From contig JBAZRV010000002.1 of assembly GCA_041662745.1 (NCBI GenBank), forward strand, positions 206,919 to 238,918: DNA of 32,000 bases, read 5' to 3'. Below the pieces are notes generated by a model. The model was not told the origin of the DNA. It made no database searches and worked only from the letters and a program-made list of their open reading frames with translations. This DNA comes from Patescibacteria group bacterium. GTDB lineage: Bacteria > Patescibacteriota > Patescibacteriia > 2-01-FULL-39-33. Positions within the stretch are counted from its first letter, which is position 1; each line of letters starts with the position of its first letter. Positions 25,360 through 32,000 of the stretch are shown one piece after another. Made by a program: the position numbers and the translations under genes.

Positions 25360-25384
25360 CCCCCGGCTCCAATAAAGTCGGGGG
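25360..25384 (-). terminator. terminator for the minus-strand hypothetical gene (possibly also murJ)
   Basis: Stem cccccg (25360-25365) / cggggg (25379-25384). On the minus strand it is followed by tttttattttttt. Confidence 0.65.
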
Positions 25385-25388
25385 ATGC

Positions 25389-25988
25389 TTATTTCTTAAG
25401 GTTCTTAATTTTTTCGCTAATCTGATCGGTAATGTCAAACCAACCGATCAATTCTTCGGCGGTATTATCCTTAAACCGTTCTTGCTTCTTGAGGAGTTTC
25501 ACTAAATTTTCTCGATCAGTGATTAAAGTGATGCTTTGTTTCTTGGCGTATTTATTTATTTCACGCCAGGCGGTATCGCTGCCTTGAGAAATCAATAGCC
25601 AGTAAGCGCCGCTGCTGGGGGCCAATTTACGCTCTTTTAGCTCTCGGTAGGAAGGGGTGGCCATGACCAATTCGCTATAATCAATACAACGCGGATTGAG
25701 TGCTGTCATGCCGGCCGTACCGACATACATTTTTTCAACGGGAATCTCGCCTTGGGCCAAAAATAACTCCAATTTTTCTTTGGCGGGATTGGGCTTTTCC
25801 GGCTTAACCGATTCAATTTTTTCTTCCGCGGTTTTATTTTCCTTAGTCTCTGTTTGCCGGTCAGGTGTTTTGCCGTTTGATTTACCGGTTGTAGCCGCAC
25901 CGGTTAATACCAAAGCGGCTATCAAGGCGGCGGCCATGACGATTTTTGTCGTCAAACGGCTCAGCCCGGTCGTTCGGTGCTTAACCAT
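25389..25988 (-). CDS. membrane-anchored or secreted hypothetical protein
   Basis: 199 aa with AGGAG SD. N-terminal hydrophobic segment IVMAAALIAALVLTGAA, a Lys/Glu-rich linker, then a globular C-terminal part. It has its own promoter and terminator. Confidence 0.65.
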   Translation of the reverse strand: MVKHRTTGLSRLTTKIVMAAALIAALVLTGAATTGKSNGKTPDRQTETKENKTAEEKIESVKPEKPNPAKEKLELFLAQGEIPVEKMYVGTAGMTALNPRCIDYSELVMATPSYRELKERKLAPSSGAYWLLISQGSDTAWREINKYAKKQSITLITDRENLVKLLKKQERFKDNTAEELIGWFDITDQISEKIKNLKK

Positions 25989-26033
25989 GGTGGTTCTCCT
26001 CTTGTTTAGGTTTAAAGGTACTGCATTTAGCGA

Positions 26034-26062
26034 ATACTATCATAAAAGAATAAAAAAGTCAA
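26034..26062 (-). promoter_or_regulatory. promoter for the 25389-25988 gene
   Basis: Minus strand reads TTGACT (26062-26057), 17-nt spacer, TGa-TAGTAT (-10 at 26039-26034). Confidence 0.6.
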
Positions 26063-26064
26063 AT

Positions 26065-26093
26065 TTGTAAATTTGGCCGAATTATGTTAAAAT
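26065..26093 (+). promoter_or_regulatory. promoter for lepA
   Basis: TTGTAA (26065-26070), 17-nt spacer, TGt-TAAAAT (26085-26093). Confidence 0.55.
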
Positions 26094-26111
26094 TTTTCCA
26101 TTACCTCATTT

Positions 26112-27887
26112 ATGAGTTCAAATAATATCCGTAATTTCTGCATTATCGCCCATATTGATCATGGTAAGTCCACTTTGGCTGACCGCATGTTGGAATTGAC
26201 CGGGACTATCTCTAAACGAGAGATGAAGGAGCAACTTTTAGATCAAATGGATATTGAGCGAGAACGGGGAATCACCATTAAATTAACGCCGGTACGAATG
26301 CAGTACCAGGACTGCGAACTTAATTTAATTGATACCCCCGGCCACGTGGACTTCACTTACGAAGTATCGCGCAGCTTGTACGCCGTTGAGGGGGCAGTGC
26401 TTTTAGTTGATGCCACACAGGGCGTTCAGGCCCAAACCCTGGCCAACCTCTATTTGGCGCTTGATGCCAATTTAACGATTATCCCGGTAATTAACAAGAT
26501 TGATCTGCCTAATGCTCAGGTGGAAAGAGTCTCTGAAGAAATAATTAAATTGTTAGGGTGCAGAAAAGAAGAAATTTTTCATGTGTCGGGCAAAACCGGC
26601 CAGGGCGTAACAGAGTTATTATCGGTCATAATCGCCCAAGTCCCGGCGCCAAAACTGGCTCCGGATAAGCCTTTGCGCGCCTTGATTTTTGATTCGGTTT
26701 ATGATGAATACCGCGGGGTCATCGCTTATGTCAGGATTTTTGACGGCAGTATCAAGCCGGGCGAGCATATCAAATTCGTTTATAACCAACAATTAGCCGA
26801 AGCGTTGGAGGTTGGGCATTTTGCTCCCAAATACGTTAAAGATAAGGCGTTGTCTTCCGGAGAAATCGGTTATATTGTTACGGGCTTGCATGAAGTGGCA
26901 CAATGCCGTGTCGGCGATACCATAACCCTGAAAAATCTTGCCGTAGAGCCGTTGCCCGGCTATAAGCAAGTCAAGCCCATGGTTTATGCCGGGATTTTTT
27001 GCAAAGACGGTTCCGATTTCAGCCGTTTGCGCGAAGCGATTGAAAAATTAAAATTAAACGACGCCGCCCTGTCTTACGAACCGGAAAATTCTTCGGCTTT
27101 GGGTTTCGGCTTCCGTTGCGGTTTTCTGGGATTATTGCATTTGGAAATCTTTCAGGAACGATTGAAACGGGAATTTAATTTGGAATTAGTGGTAACCATC
27201 CCCAGTGTGGCTTATAAAGTCCATTTGACTAACGGGGAAGTGAAGGATGTATATAATCCGCAAGAGTTTCCCGACCCGACTTATTACAAAAAAGTAGAGG
27301 AACCGATAATGAAGGCTGACATTTTTACACCCAAAGAATACCTGGGCGGAGTTATGCAGTTATCCACCGAAAAACGCGGGATTTACATTAATACCGAATA
27401 TCTGGATGAGGATCTGGCCGTTCTGCATTATCACTTGCCCTTAACTCAGATTATTGTTGATTTTTATGATAAACTAAAATCCATTACCAGCGGTTATGCT
27501 TCACTCAACTATGACTTTCATAGCTACGAAGCAACCGAGGTGGTGAAGATGGACATCCTGGTGGCGGAAGAAAAGGTAGAGGCTTTATCGCTTATCACTT
27601 ATAAAGACAGCGCCCAACAAGTGGGGCGAAAGATAGTGGATACGCTCAAAGAAACCCTGCCCCGCCAGCAATTCATGGTTAAAATCCAAGCGGCCATCGG
27701 CGGCAAAATAATCGCTTCTGAACGAATTTCCGCTCTGCGCAAAGACGTTACCGCCAAGCTTTACGGCGGCGATTGGACGCGTCGCGCCAAGCTTTTGGAA
27801 AAACAAAAAAAGGGTAAGAAAAAAATGCTGTCCATGGGCAAGGTGGATATTCCGGCTGACGCTTTTCTGGCCGTGCTAAAAAGGTAA
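26112..27887 (+). CDS. lepA: translation elongation factor 4
   Basis: IRNFCIIAHIDHGKSTLADR, DTPGHVDF and NKIDL GTPase motifs. LepA-specific C-terminal domain (...KLYGGDWTRRAKLLEKQKKGKK). Length is 591 aa. Confidence 0.96.
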   Translation: MSSNNIRNFCIIAHIDHGKSTLADRMLELTGTISKREMKEQLLDQMDIERERGITIKLTPVRMQYQDCELNLIDTPGHVDFTYEVSRSLYAVEGAVLLVDATQGVQAQTLANLYLALDANLTIIPVINKIDLPNAQVERVSEEIIKLLGCRKEEIFHVSGKTGQGVTELLSVIIAQVPAPKLAPDKPLRALIFDSVYDEYRGVIAYVRIFDGSIKPGEHIKFVYNQQLAEALEVGHFAPKYVKDKALSSGEIGYIVTGLHEVAQCRVGDTITLKNLAVEPLPGYKQVKPMVYAGIFCKDGSDFSRLREAIEKLKLNDAALSYEPENSSALGFGFRCGFLGLLHLEIFQERLKREFNLELVVTIPSVAYKVHLTNGEVKDVYNPQEFPDPTYYKKVEEPIMKADIFTPKEYLGGVMQLSTEKRGIYINTEYLDEDLAVLHYHLPLTQIIVDFYDKLKSITSGYASLNYDFHSYEATEVVKMDILVAEEKVEALSLITYKDSAQQVGRKIVDTLKETLPRQQFMVKIQAAIGGKIIASERISALRKDVTAKLYGGDWTRRAKLLEKQKKGKKKMLSMGKVDIPADAFLAVLKR

Positions 27888-27895
27888 AAATAAAG

Positions 27896-27939
27896 GCCAT
27901 CCTAAGCGCGGTAAAAATTTTTCCTACGCTCAGAATGGC
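27896..27939. terminator. imperfect 13-bp hairpin between lepA and the small minus-strand ORF
   Basis: gccatcctaagcg (27896-27908) pairs with cgctcagaatggc (27927-27939) with 2 mismatches. T-rich sequence follows on both strands. Confidence 0.45.
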
Positions 27940-27967
27940 AATTAAGTCAGTTTATTTTATTTGATCT

Positions 27968-28072
27968 TTAGCCTAAAATCGGCAATAAAGAGAAAAAAAC
28001 CATGGAGGTGATCATTAGGACGGTTACGATAATCCAGGTTATTTTCATTAGACGTTTTTTGCGTATTTTCAT
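27968..28072 (-). CDS. candidate 34-aa hydrophobic peptide (MKIRKKRLMKITWIIVTVLMITSMVFFSLLPILG), likely leaderless
   Basis: ORF is below the track cutoff. A consensus promoter ends 8 nt upstream of the ATG. The peptide has a basic N-terminus and one TM helix. A hairpin lies downstream. Confidence 0.4.
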   Translation of the reverse strand: MKIRKKRLMKITWIIVTVLMITSMVFFSLLPILG

Positions 28073-28080
28073 ATAAGTCA

Positions 28081-28109
28081 ATTATAGCGAAACTAATCGC
28101 CCCAGTCAA
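28081..28109 (-). promoter_or_regulatory. consensus promoter facing away from recJ
   Basis: Minus strand reads TTGACT (28109-28104), 17-nt spacer, TATAAT (28086-28081). The -35 box overlaps the A of the recJ ATG. Confidence 0.6.
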
Positions 28110-29830
28110 TGATTTGGAAAATCAAAGATAAACTTCCTCCGGAATTAATCCGGCAGTATCCCGACTATAACGAGCTGGTCTTACAGCTTTTGTTTAGCCG
28201 CGGCTTGACGGAAAGAAAACAGATTGAGGAGTTCCTTAACCCCGATTTTGATCGGCAATTGTTTGACCCTTACCTGTTCAAGGATATGCGATTGGCCGTA
28301 GAACGATTGTTTAAGGCTTTGTTGGCCGGGGAGCATATCATGGTTTACGGCGATTACGATGCTGACGGCGTTTGTTCCACTGCCATATTGTTTCAGACGC
28401 TTTCCGCTCTGGGGGCTTGCGTTGACACTTATATTCCTTTTCGCGAAAGCGAGGGGTATGGCTTGAACACAAAAATTGTTCAACAGCTTATCAATCAAAA
28501 ATTCAATTTGGTCATCACCGTGGACTGCGGTATCGCCAACAAAAAAGAGATTGCCGAGTTTACCGCCGCCGGCATTGATGTCATCATTTTAGACCATCAC
28601 GAAGAACCCTTGGAGCTGCCCCAAGCTCTGGCGATTATTGACCCTCACGTTAAGTCTTGCGGTTACCCCCAGAGCCCGCTCTGCGGCGCCGGCGTGGCTT
28701 TTAAATTCGTGCAAGCCATTATTAAATACCAGCAAGAAAATAACAGTCCGATCCAATTGCCCGAGGGTTACGAGAAATGGCTATTGGATTTGGCGGCGAT
28801 CGCCACAGTCGGCGATATCGTACCGCTATTGGGCGAGAACAGGATTATCGTCAAATACGGCTTAACGGTAATGGAAAAGACTCGCAACTTAGGCTTAGCC
28901 AAAATGATGGAATTGGTCAATAATCGACGAAACGGCCTGGACACCGAGTATTTGGGCTGGCGCATTGTGCCGCGAATCAATGCCGCCGGACGCGTTGACC
29001 ACGCGTCAGTGGCGTTTAATCTGCTGACAGCCGCCACCGAAGAAGAAGCAGAAAGGTGGGCGCAATTTTTGGAAGATAATAACAAGGAACGGCAGCAGAT
29101 TACCGGTAAAATCTTAGAAGAGGCCTTTGTTCAAGTGGCCAAATCTGCCGAAACGGAATACATTTTAATCGCTGAAGGCGAGGGTTGGGCGGCCGGAGTA
29201 GTCGGATTAGTTGCCGGCCGGCTGGCTGACAAATACCGCCGGCCGGCCTTAGTATTCACTAAAGAAGGCGACAAATATTTAGCGTCCGGAAGAAGCATTG
29301 AAGAGTTTGACATCACCGAGGCCTTAAAACAATGTGACGATTTATTATCCAAGTATGGCGGCCATCCCCAAGCCTGCGGCTTGACGATTATCGGCGAAGA
29401 TAGCTTTATAAAATTCAAAGAAAAAATCCGGCGCTTGGCGAAAGAAAAATTAATGGGATTGGATCTGACTCCGACGCTGTTAATTGATGCGGAAATAAAA
29501 CTGTCGCAAATCAATTGGCAATTACTGGAAGGGGTCGTTAAATTTGAACCGTTCGGCGAAGATAATGAACGGCCACTGTTCGCCGCTTTCGGCTTGGCCG
29601 TAGAACAAGTGCAAACGGTCGGGGCCGATGGCAAACATCTTAAGGTGCTGGTATCGCAGAACGGCGACTTGGCCAATTTGCACAAGCTGATCGGCTTTTC
29701 CTTCGGCGAGTGGTGCGCCCGGCTTAAGGCCGGGGATAAAATTGACATCGTTTTTGAATTGGGTGTCAACGAATGGAACGGCAACAAAGAGTTGCAGCTC
29801 AAGATTGAGGATCTTAAGTTGAGTAAATAA
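28109..29830 (+). CDS. recJ: single-stranded-DNA-specific exonuclease RecJ
   Basis: DHH motifs (VYGDYDADGV, TVDCG, ILDHHE) followed by the DHHA1 region (YGGHPQACG). Length is 573 aa. Confidence 0.93.
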   Translation: MIWKIKDKLPPELIRQYPDYNELVLQLLFSRGLTERKQIEEFLNPDFDRQLFDPYLFKDMRLAVERLFKALLAGEHIMVYGDYDADGVCSTAILFQTLSALGACVDTYIPFRESEGYGLNTKIVQQLINQKFNLVITVDCGIANKKEIAEFTAAGIDVIILDHHEEPLELPQALAIIDPHVKSCGYPQSPLCGAGVAFKFVQAIIKYQQENNSPIQLPEGYEKWLLDLAAIATVGDIVPLLGENRIIVKYGLTVMEKTRNLGLAKMMELVNNRRNGLDTEYLGWRIVPRINAAGRVDHASVAFNLLTAATEEEAERWAQFLEDNNKERQQITGKILEEAFVQVAKSAETEYILIAEGEGWAAGVVGLVAGRLADKYRRPALVFTKEGDKYLASGRSIEEFDITEALKQCDDLLSKYGGHPQACGLTIIGEDSFIKFKEKIRRLAKEKLMGLDLTPTLLIDAEIKLSQINWQLLEGVVKFEPFGEDNERPLFAAFGLAVEQVQTVGADGKHLKVLVSQNGDLANLHKLIGFSFGEWCARLKAGDKIDIVFELGVNEWNGNKELQLKIEDLKLSK

Positions 29831-29851
29831 AAATTAAGTTATAACTAAAAT

Positions 29852-30247
29852 ATGAAAGCAACTATCCACACTGATGGCGGCGCGCGCGGCAATCCCGGTC
29901 CGGCCGGCATCGGCGCAGTAATAAAAGTCGGCGACAAGCAGCTGGAACTTAAACATTACATCGGCAAGGCCACTAATAACCAGGCGGAGTATCGCGCTTT
30001 GATTTTGGCCTTAGAGCATGCCTTAGAAAACGGGGTAACCGAGGCCGAATGCCTGTTGGATTCCGAATTGGTGGTCAAGCAATTAAACCGCGAATACCGA
30101 GTCAAGGATAAGGACTTGGGGGTGTTATTCGTTAAAGTCTACAACCTCAGCACTAAATTCAAAAAAATCACTTTCAAACACATCTATCGCGAGCAAAATA
30201 AATTAGCGGATAAGCTGGTTAATGAAGCGATTGATAATCATAAATAA
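29852..30247 (+). CDS. rnhA: ribonuclease HI (type 1 RNase H)
   Basis: HTDGGARGNPGPAGIGAVI, NNQAEYRALILAL, DSELVVKQL and NKLADKLVNEA supply the DEDD catalytic residues. Length is 131 aa. Confidence 0.88.
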   Translation: MKATIHTDGGARGNPGPAGIGAVIKVGDKQLELKHYIGKATNNQAEYRALILALEHALENGVTEAECLLDSELVVKQLNREYRVKDKDLGVLFVKVYNLSTKFKKITFKHIYREQNKLADKLVNEAIDNHK

Positions 30248-30251
30248 ACAT

Positions 30252-30284
30252 AAAAAAATACCTCGCAGCAGCGAAGTATTTTTT
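30252..30284. terminator. bidirectional terminator shared by rnhA and rnpB
   Basis: Stem aatacctcgc (30257-30266) / gcgaagtatt (30271-30280) with 1 mismatch. T-runs are present on both strands. Confidence 0.65.
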
Positions 30285-30286
30285 AA

Positions 30287-30692
30287 CTGAATATGACTAT
30301 AAGCCGAATTCTGTATTTTTTACCAACCTTGCGGCCGTAAAAAACGATAGTCATCTGTCTGTCAGTGCCGTTACCGGCATGATCAAGCCCCCGAAACGGG
30401 GTTGCACCGGGTAGAGTTTACCACAACTGCCCATCGCTGGGAGTTGAGTAGAGTAGCATTAATTTGAGGAGATATCTCACTCTCAACTTAACACCTCGCT
30501 ACACTTTTCACCTTTCGCGAAATACTTGCGTATCTCGTTAGTATTGTCTCTGTGGAACTGGTCCTCGGCCGGCCTTGCGACCGTCCGGGTGGGCGTTACC
30601 CATTACCGCGACATTCCGGCTTGCGCCAGAAAGGGTGTTCGGACTTTCCTCCCTTTGACCTAAGTCAAAGAGTAACTATCCGTCATATCCAG
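30287..30692 (-). ncRNA. rnpB: RNase P RNA, bacterial type A
   Basis: The minus strand contains GGGAGGAAAGUCCGAACACC (CR-I), GGUAACGCCCACC, GAAAGGUGAAAAGUG, GGUAAACUCUACCCGGUGCAA and ACAGAAUUCGGCUUAU (CR-V). P1 pairs cuggauaugac (5') with gucauauucag (3'). The ends are good to within a few nt. Confidence 0.92.
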
Positions 30693-30699
30693 TGTTATC

Positions 30700-30728
30700 A
30701 TTTTATCACAGATACTTAATTTTGTCAA
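30700..30728 (-). promoter_or_regulatory. promoter for rnpB
   Basis: Minus strand reads TTGACA (30728-30723), 17-nt spacer, TGa-TAAAAT (-10 at 30705-30700). The predicted TSS falls 1-2 nt from the P1 5' end. Confidence 0.7.
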
Positions 30729-30737
30729 GGATTGGCC

Positions 30738-30766
30738 TTGATTTAACCCGATTTATGTGCTATACT
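30738..30766 (+). promoter_or_regulatory. promoter for tRNA-Gln
   Basis: TTGATT (30738-30743), 17-nt spacer, TGc-TATACT (30758-30766). The tRNA starts 20 nt downstream of the -10. Confidence 0.65.
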
Positions 30767-30785
30767 GTTAAATAGTTAAAAATAA

Positions 30786-30859
30786 TGCGGGATCGTCTAA
30801 TGGTAGGACACGCCCCTCTGGAGGGCGGTATCATGGTTCGAGTCCATGTCCCGCAGCCA
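30786..30859 (+). tRNA. tRNA-Gln (anticodon CUG), CCA encoded
   Basis: Manual cloverleaf. Acceptor ugcggga/ucccgca with U1-A72 and G73. D arm gucu/ggac. Anticodon stem cgccc/gggcg with loop cuCUGga. T arm caugg-uucgagu-ccaug. 3' CCA. Length is 74 nt. Confidence 0.92.
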
Positions 30860-31071
30860 ATACATGCTAATTCAAGTGACTGAGTCGCATCAGTTGTTTG
30901 CGCGTTTTTTATGAGCACTAGGTTCGAAACCTTAATGTGCTATCTGTCAATAGCTCAATCAATGATTTAGTTCTGACACTCGAAACAGTTTTATACTCAT
31001 ATGGATAATCTATAGTTATCGGAAATTGAATTTATACATTGTATATTAAAATTTAGCTTTTTAAAATTATA

Positions 31072-31887
31072 ATGAAAGACATCGCCAAAAAAATTGCAGA
31101 ATTTCAAAAAAAGAGCTGGGCCATGAAGCCTTATGCCGCTTTTAGGTGGGGTGAAAATATGCCTTGTCCTATTCGCTTTGTTGTAAATCCATACAAGGGC
31201 TGTGATTACCGACATAAATATTGCTATGTCTGGTATAAGTGCGCAAACGCAAAACCAAAAGAAAATTTTCGTAGGGCATTAATCCATGATATTGAAAGAG
31301 CAAAAAAGCTAGGTCTTGATAAATTTTTGGTTATGCTGTCTTCTAGCACTGACCCATTTCAACCAATTGAAAAAGAATACAAAGATTCACTTTTTGCTCT
31401 TGAGCATCTTTTGGCCAACGGTTTTTCTGTCAAGATTATGACGAGAAACCCAATCATACTATTAGATAAAGAATATATTGCTCTTACAAAAAATCCAAGA
31501 CTGTTTATAGATGTTTCTATTCCATCTTTACACGAAAATAATACAGATTCAATTTTTTATAGCCCATCAGTTCCTCTTGTATTAGATACCATAGAAGCAA
31601 TAAAAAAGCTTACAAAGCTAGGCAAAGATATAAGAGTAAAAATTGAACCAGTCGTTCCGACGGTAAACGGGGTGGTTGGTCAATCTGAAAAAGAACTTTA
31701 TGATTTGATTGACCTGCTTAAAAAGGCTGGCGTAAAGATGGTTATTGCCAAAACCATGCGGCTCAATGAAGACTTTCCTCCTTTTTTGTACAAAAAGTTA
31801 ATTGATTATTATACTAAAAATGGTTACGAGCAAGGCATAAACATGATTTTATCAAAAAATTTGCGCAAAAAACGGGTCTGTAATTAA
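31072..31887 (+). CDS. SplB-like (COG1533-type) radical-SAM family homologue with variant cluster motif
   Basis: VVNPYKGCDYRHKYCYV aligns with the NPYrGCxhgCxYCY region of this family. SSSTDPFQPIEKEY matches the conserved TDPYQPxE block. Length is 271 aa, and GC is lower than in the neighbours. Confidence 0.6.
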   Translation: MKDIAKKIAEFQKKSWAMKPYAAFRWGENMPCPIRFVVNPYKGCDYRHKYCYVWYKCANAKPKENFRRALIHDIERAKKLGLDKFLVMLSSSTDPFQPIEKEYKDSLFALEHLLANGFSVKIMTRNPIILLDKEYIALTKNPRLFIDVSIPSLHENNTDSIFYSPSVPLVLDTIEAIKKLTKLGKDIRVKIEPVVPTVNGVVGQSEKELYDLIDLLKKAGVKMVIAKTMRLNEDFPPFLYKKLIDYYTKNGYEQGINMILSKNLRKKRVCN

Positions 31888-31961
31888 GTTTGTGTAATTG
31901 GCTTCTTTGGCTGGCTGGATTCTGGCGGCCTGCGGTTAATAAATTTTGATTTTGTTTTTTT

Positions 31962-31990
31962 GTCCGTTCCGTTTTGGAGCGGACTTTTTT
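31962..31990 (+). terminator. terminator after the radical-SAM-like gene
   Basis: Stem gtccgttcc (31962-31970) / ggagcggac (31976-31984) with one G-U pair, followed by tttttt. Confidence 0.7.
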
Positions 31991-32000
31991 CTTTTGAGCT

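Noticed and set aside
29131-29802. 223-aa ORF antisense to recJ
   Set aside because: It lies entirely within the well-supported recJ frame. The translation is Ser/Pro/Cys-rich and low in complexity, and there are no start signals.
31925-31945. ctggcggcctgcggtt as a possible att repeat of the tRNA-Gln 3' end
   Set aside because: The similarity (ccgcag..cc) appears only on the opposite strand, is interrupted, and is under 10 nt. It does not support an island boundary.

Overview
Gene-dense bacterial chromosomal segment, mostly plus-strand, roughly mid-40s %GC by hand counts. It is dominated by housekeeping genes: tgt, a DHH phosphoesterase, an S41 C-terminal protease, rplI, pyrG, an SLT lytic transglycosylase, rpmA, a short uvrC-like gene, truB, a PfkB kinase, ppdK, a fused ADP-forming acetyl-CoA synthetase, murJ, lepA, recJ, RNase HI, RNase P RNA (minus strand) and tRNA-Gln(CUG). 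TGA is used as a stop codon, so the standard bacterial code applies. Several proteins are domain-minimised (UvrC-like 383 aa, TruB 210 aa). Together with the PPDK plus ADP-forming ACS pairing and a large DUF11-like surface protein, this suggests a reduced-genome lineage such as CPR/Patescibacteria; this is inference only. I found no CRISPR array, integrase, transposase or recognisable defence or toxin operon, and I cannot point to a clear multi-gene novel system. The observations most worth follow-up are listed here. (1) A 117-nt hairpin-forming palindromic element sits in frame inside tgt. (2) That Tgt has lost all four zinc ligands. (3) A membrane protein has a C-terminal half encoded by 26 consecutive 12-nt repeats, giving a small-residue-then-Leu (mostly Gly-Leu) pattern every fourth position. 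(4) A compositionally deviant, self-contained lipoprotein gene cassette lies between ppdK and the ACS gene. (5) An unannotated 34-aa hydrophobic peptide gene has a perfect promoter positioned for a leaderless transcript and overlapping the recJ start. (6) A lower-GC segment 3' of tRNA-Gln carries an SplB-like radical-SAM homologue whose cluster motif reads CX3HX2C. A uniform promoter grammar (TTGACA-like, 17 nt, TGn-TAnnAT) is visible upstream of many genes and helped correct two ORF-track calls.
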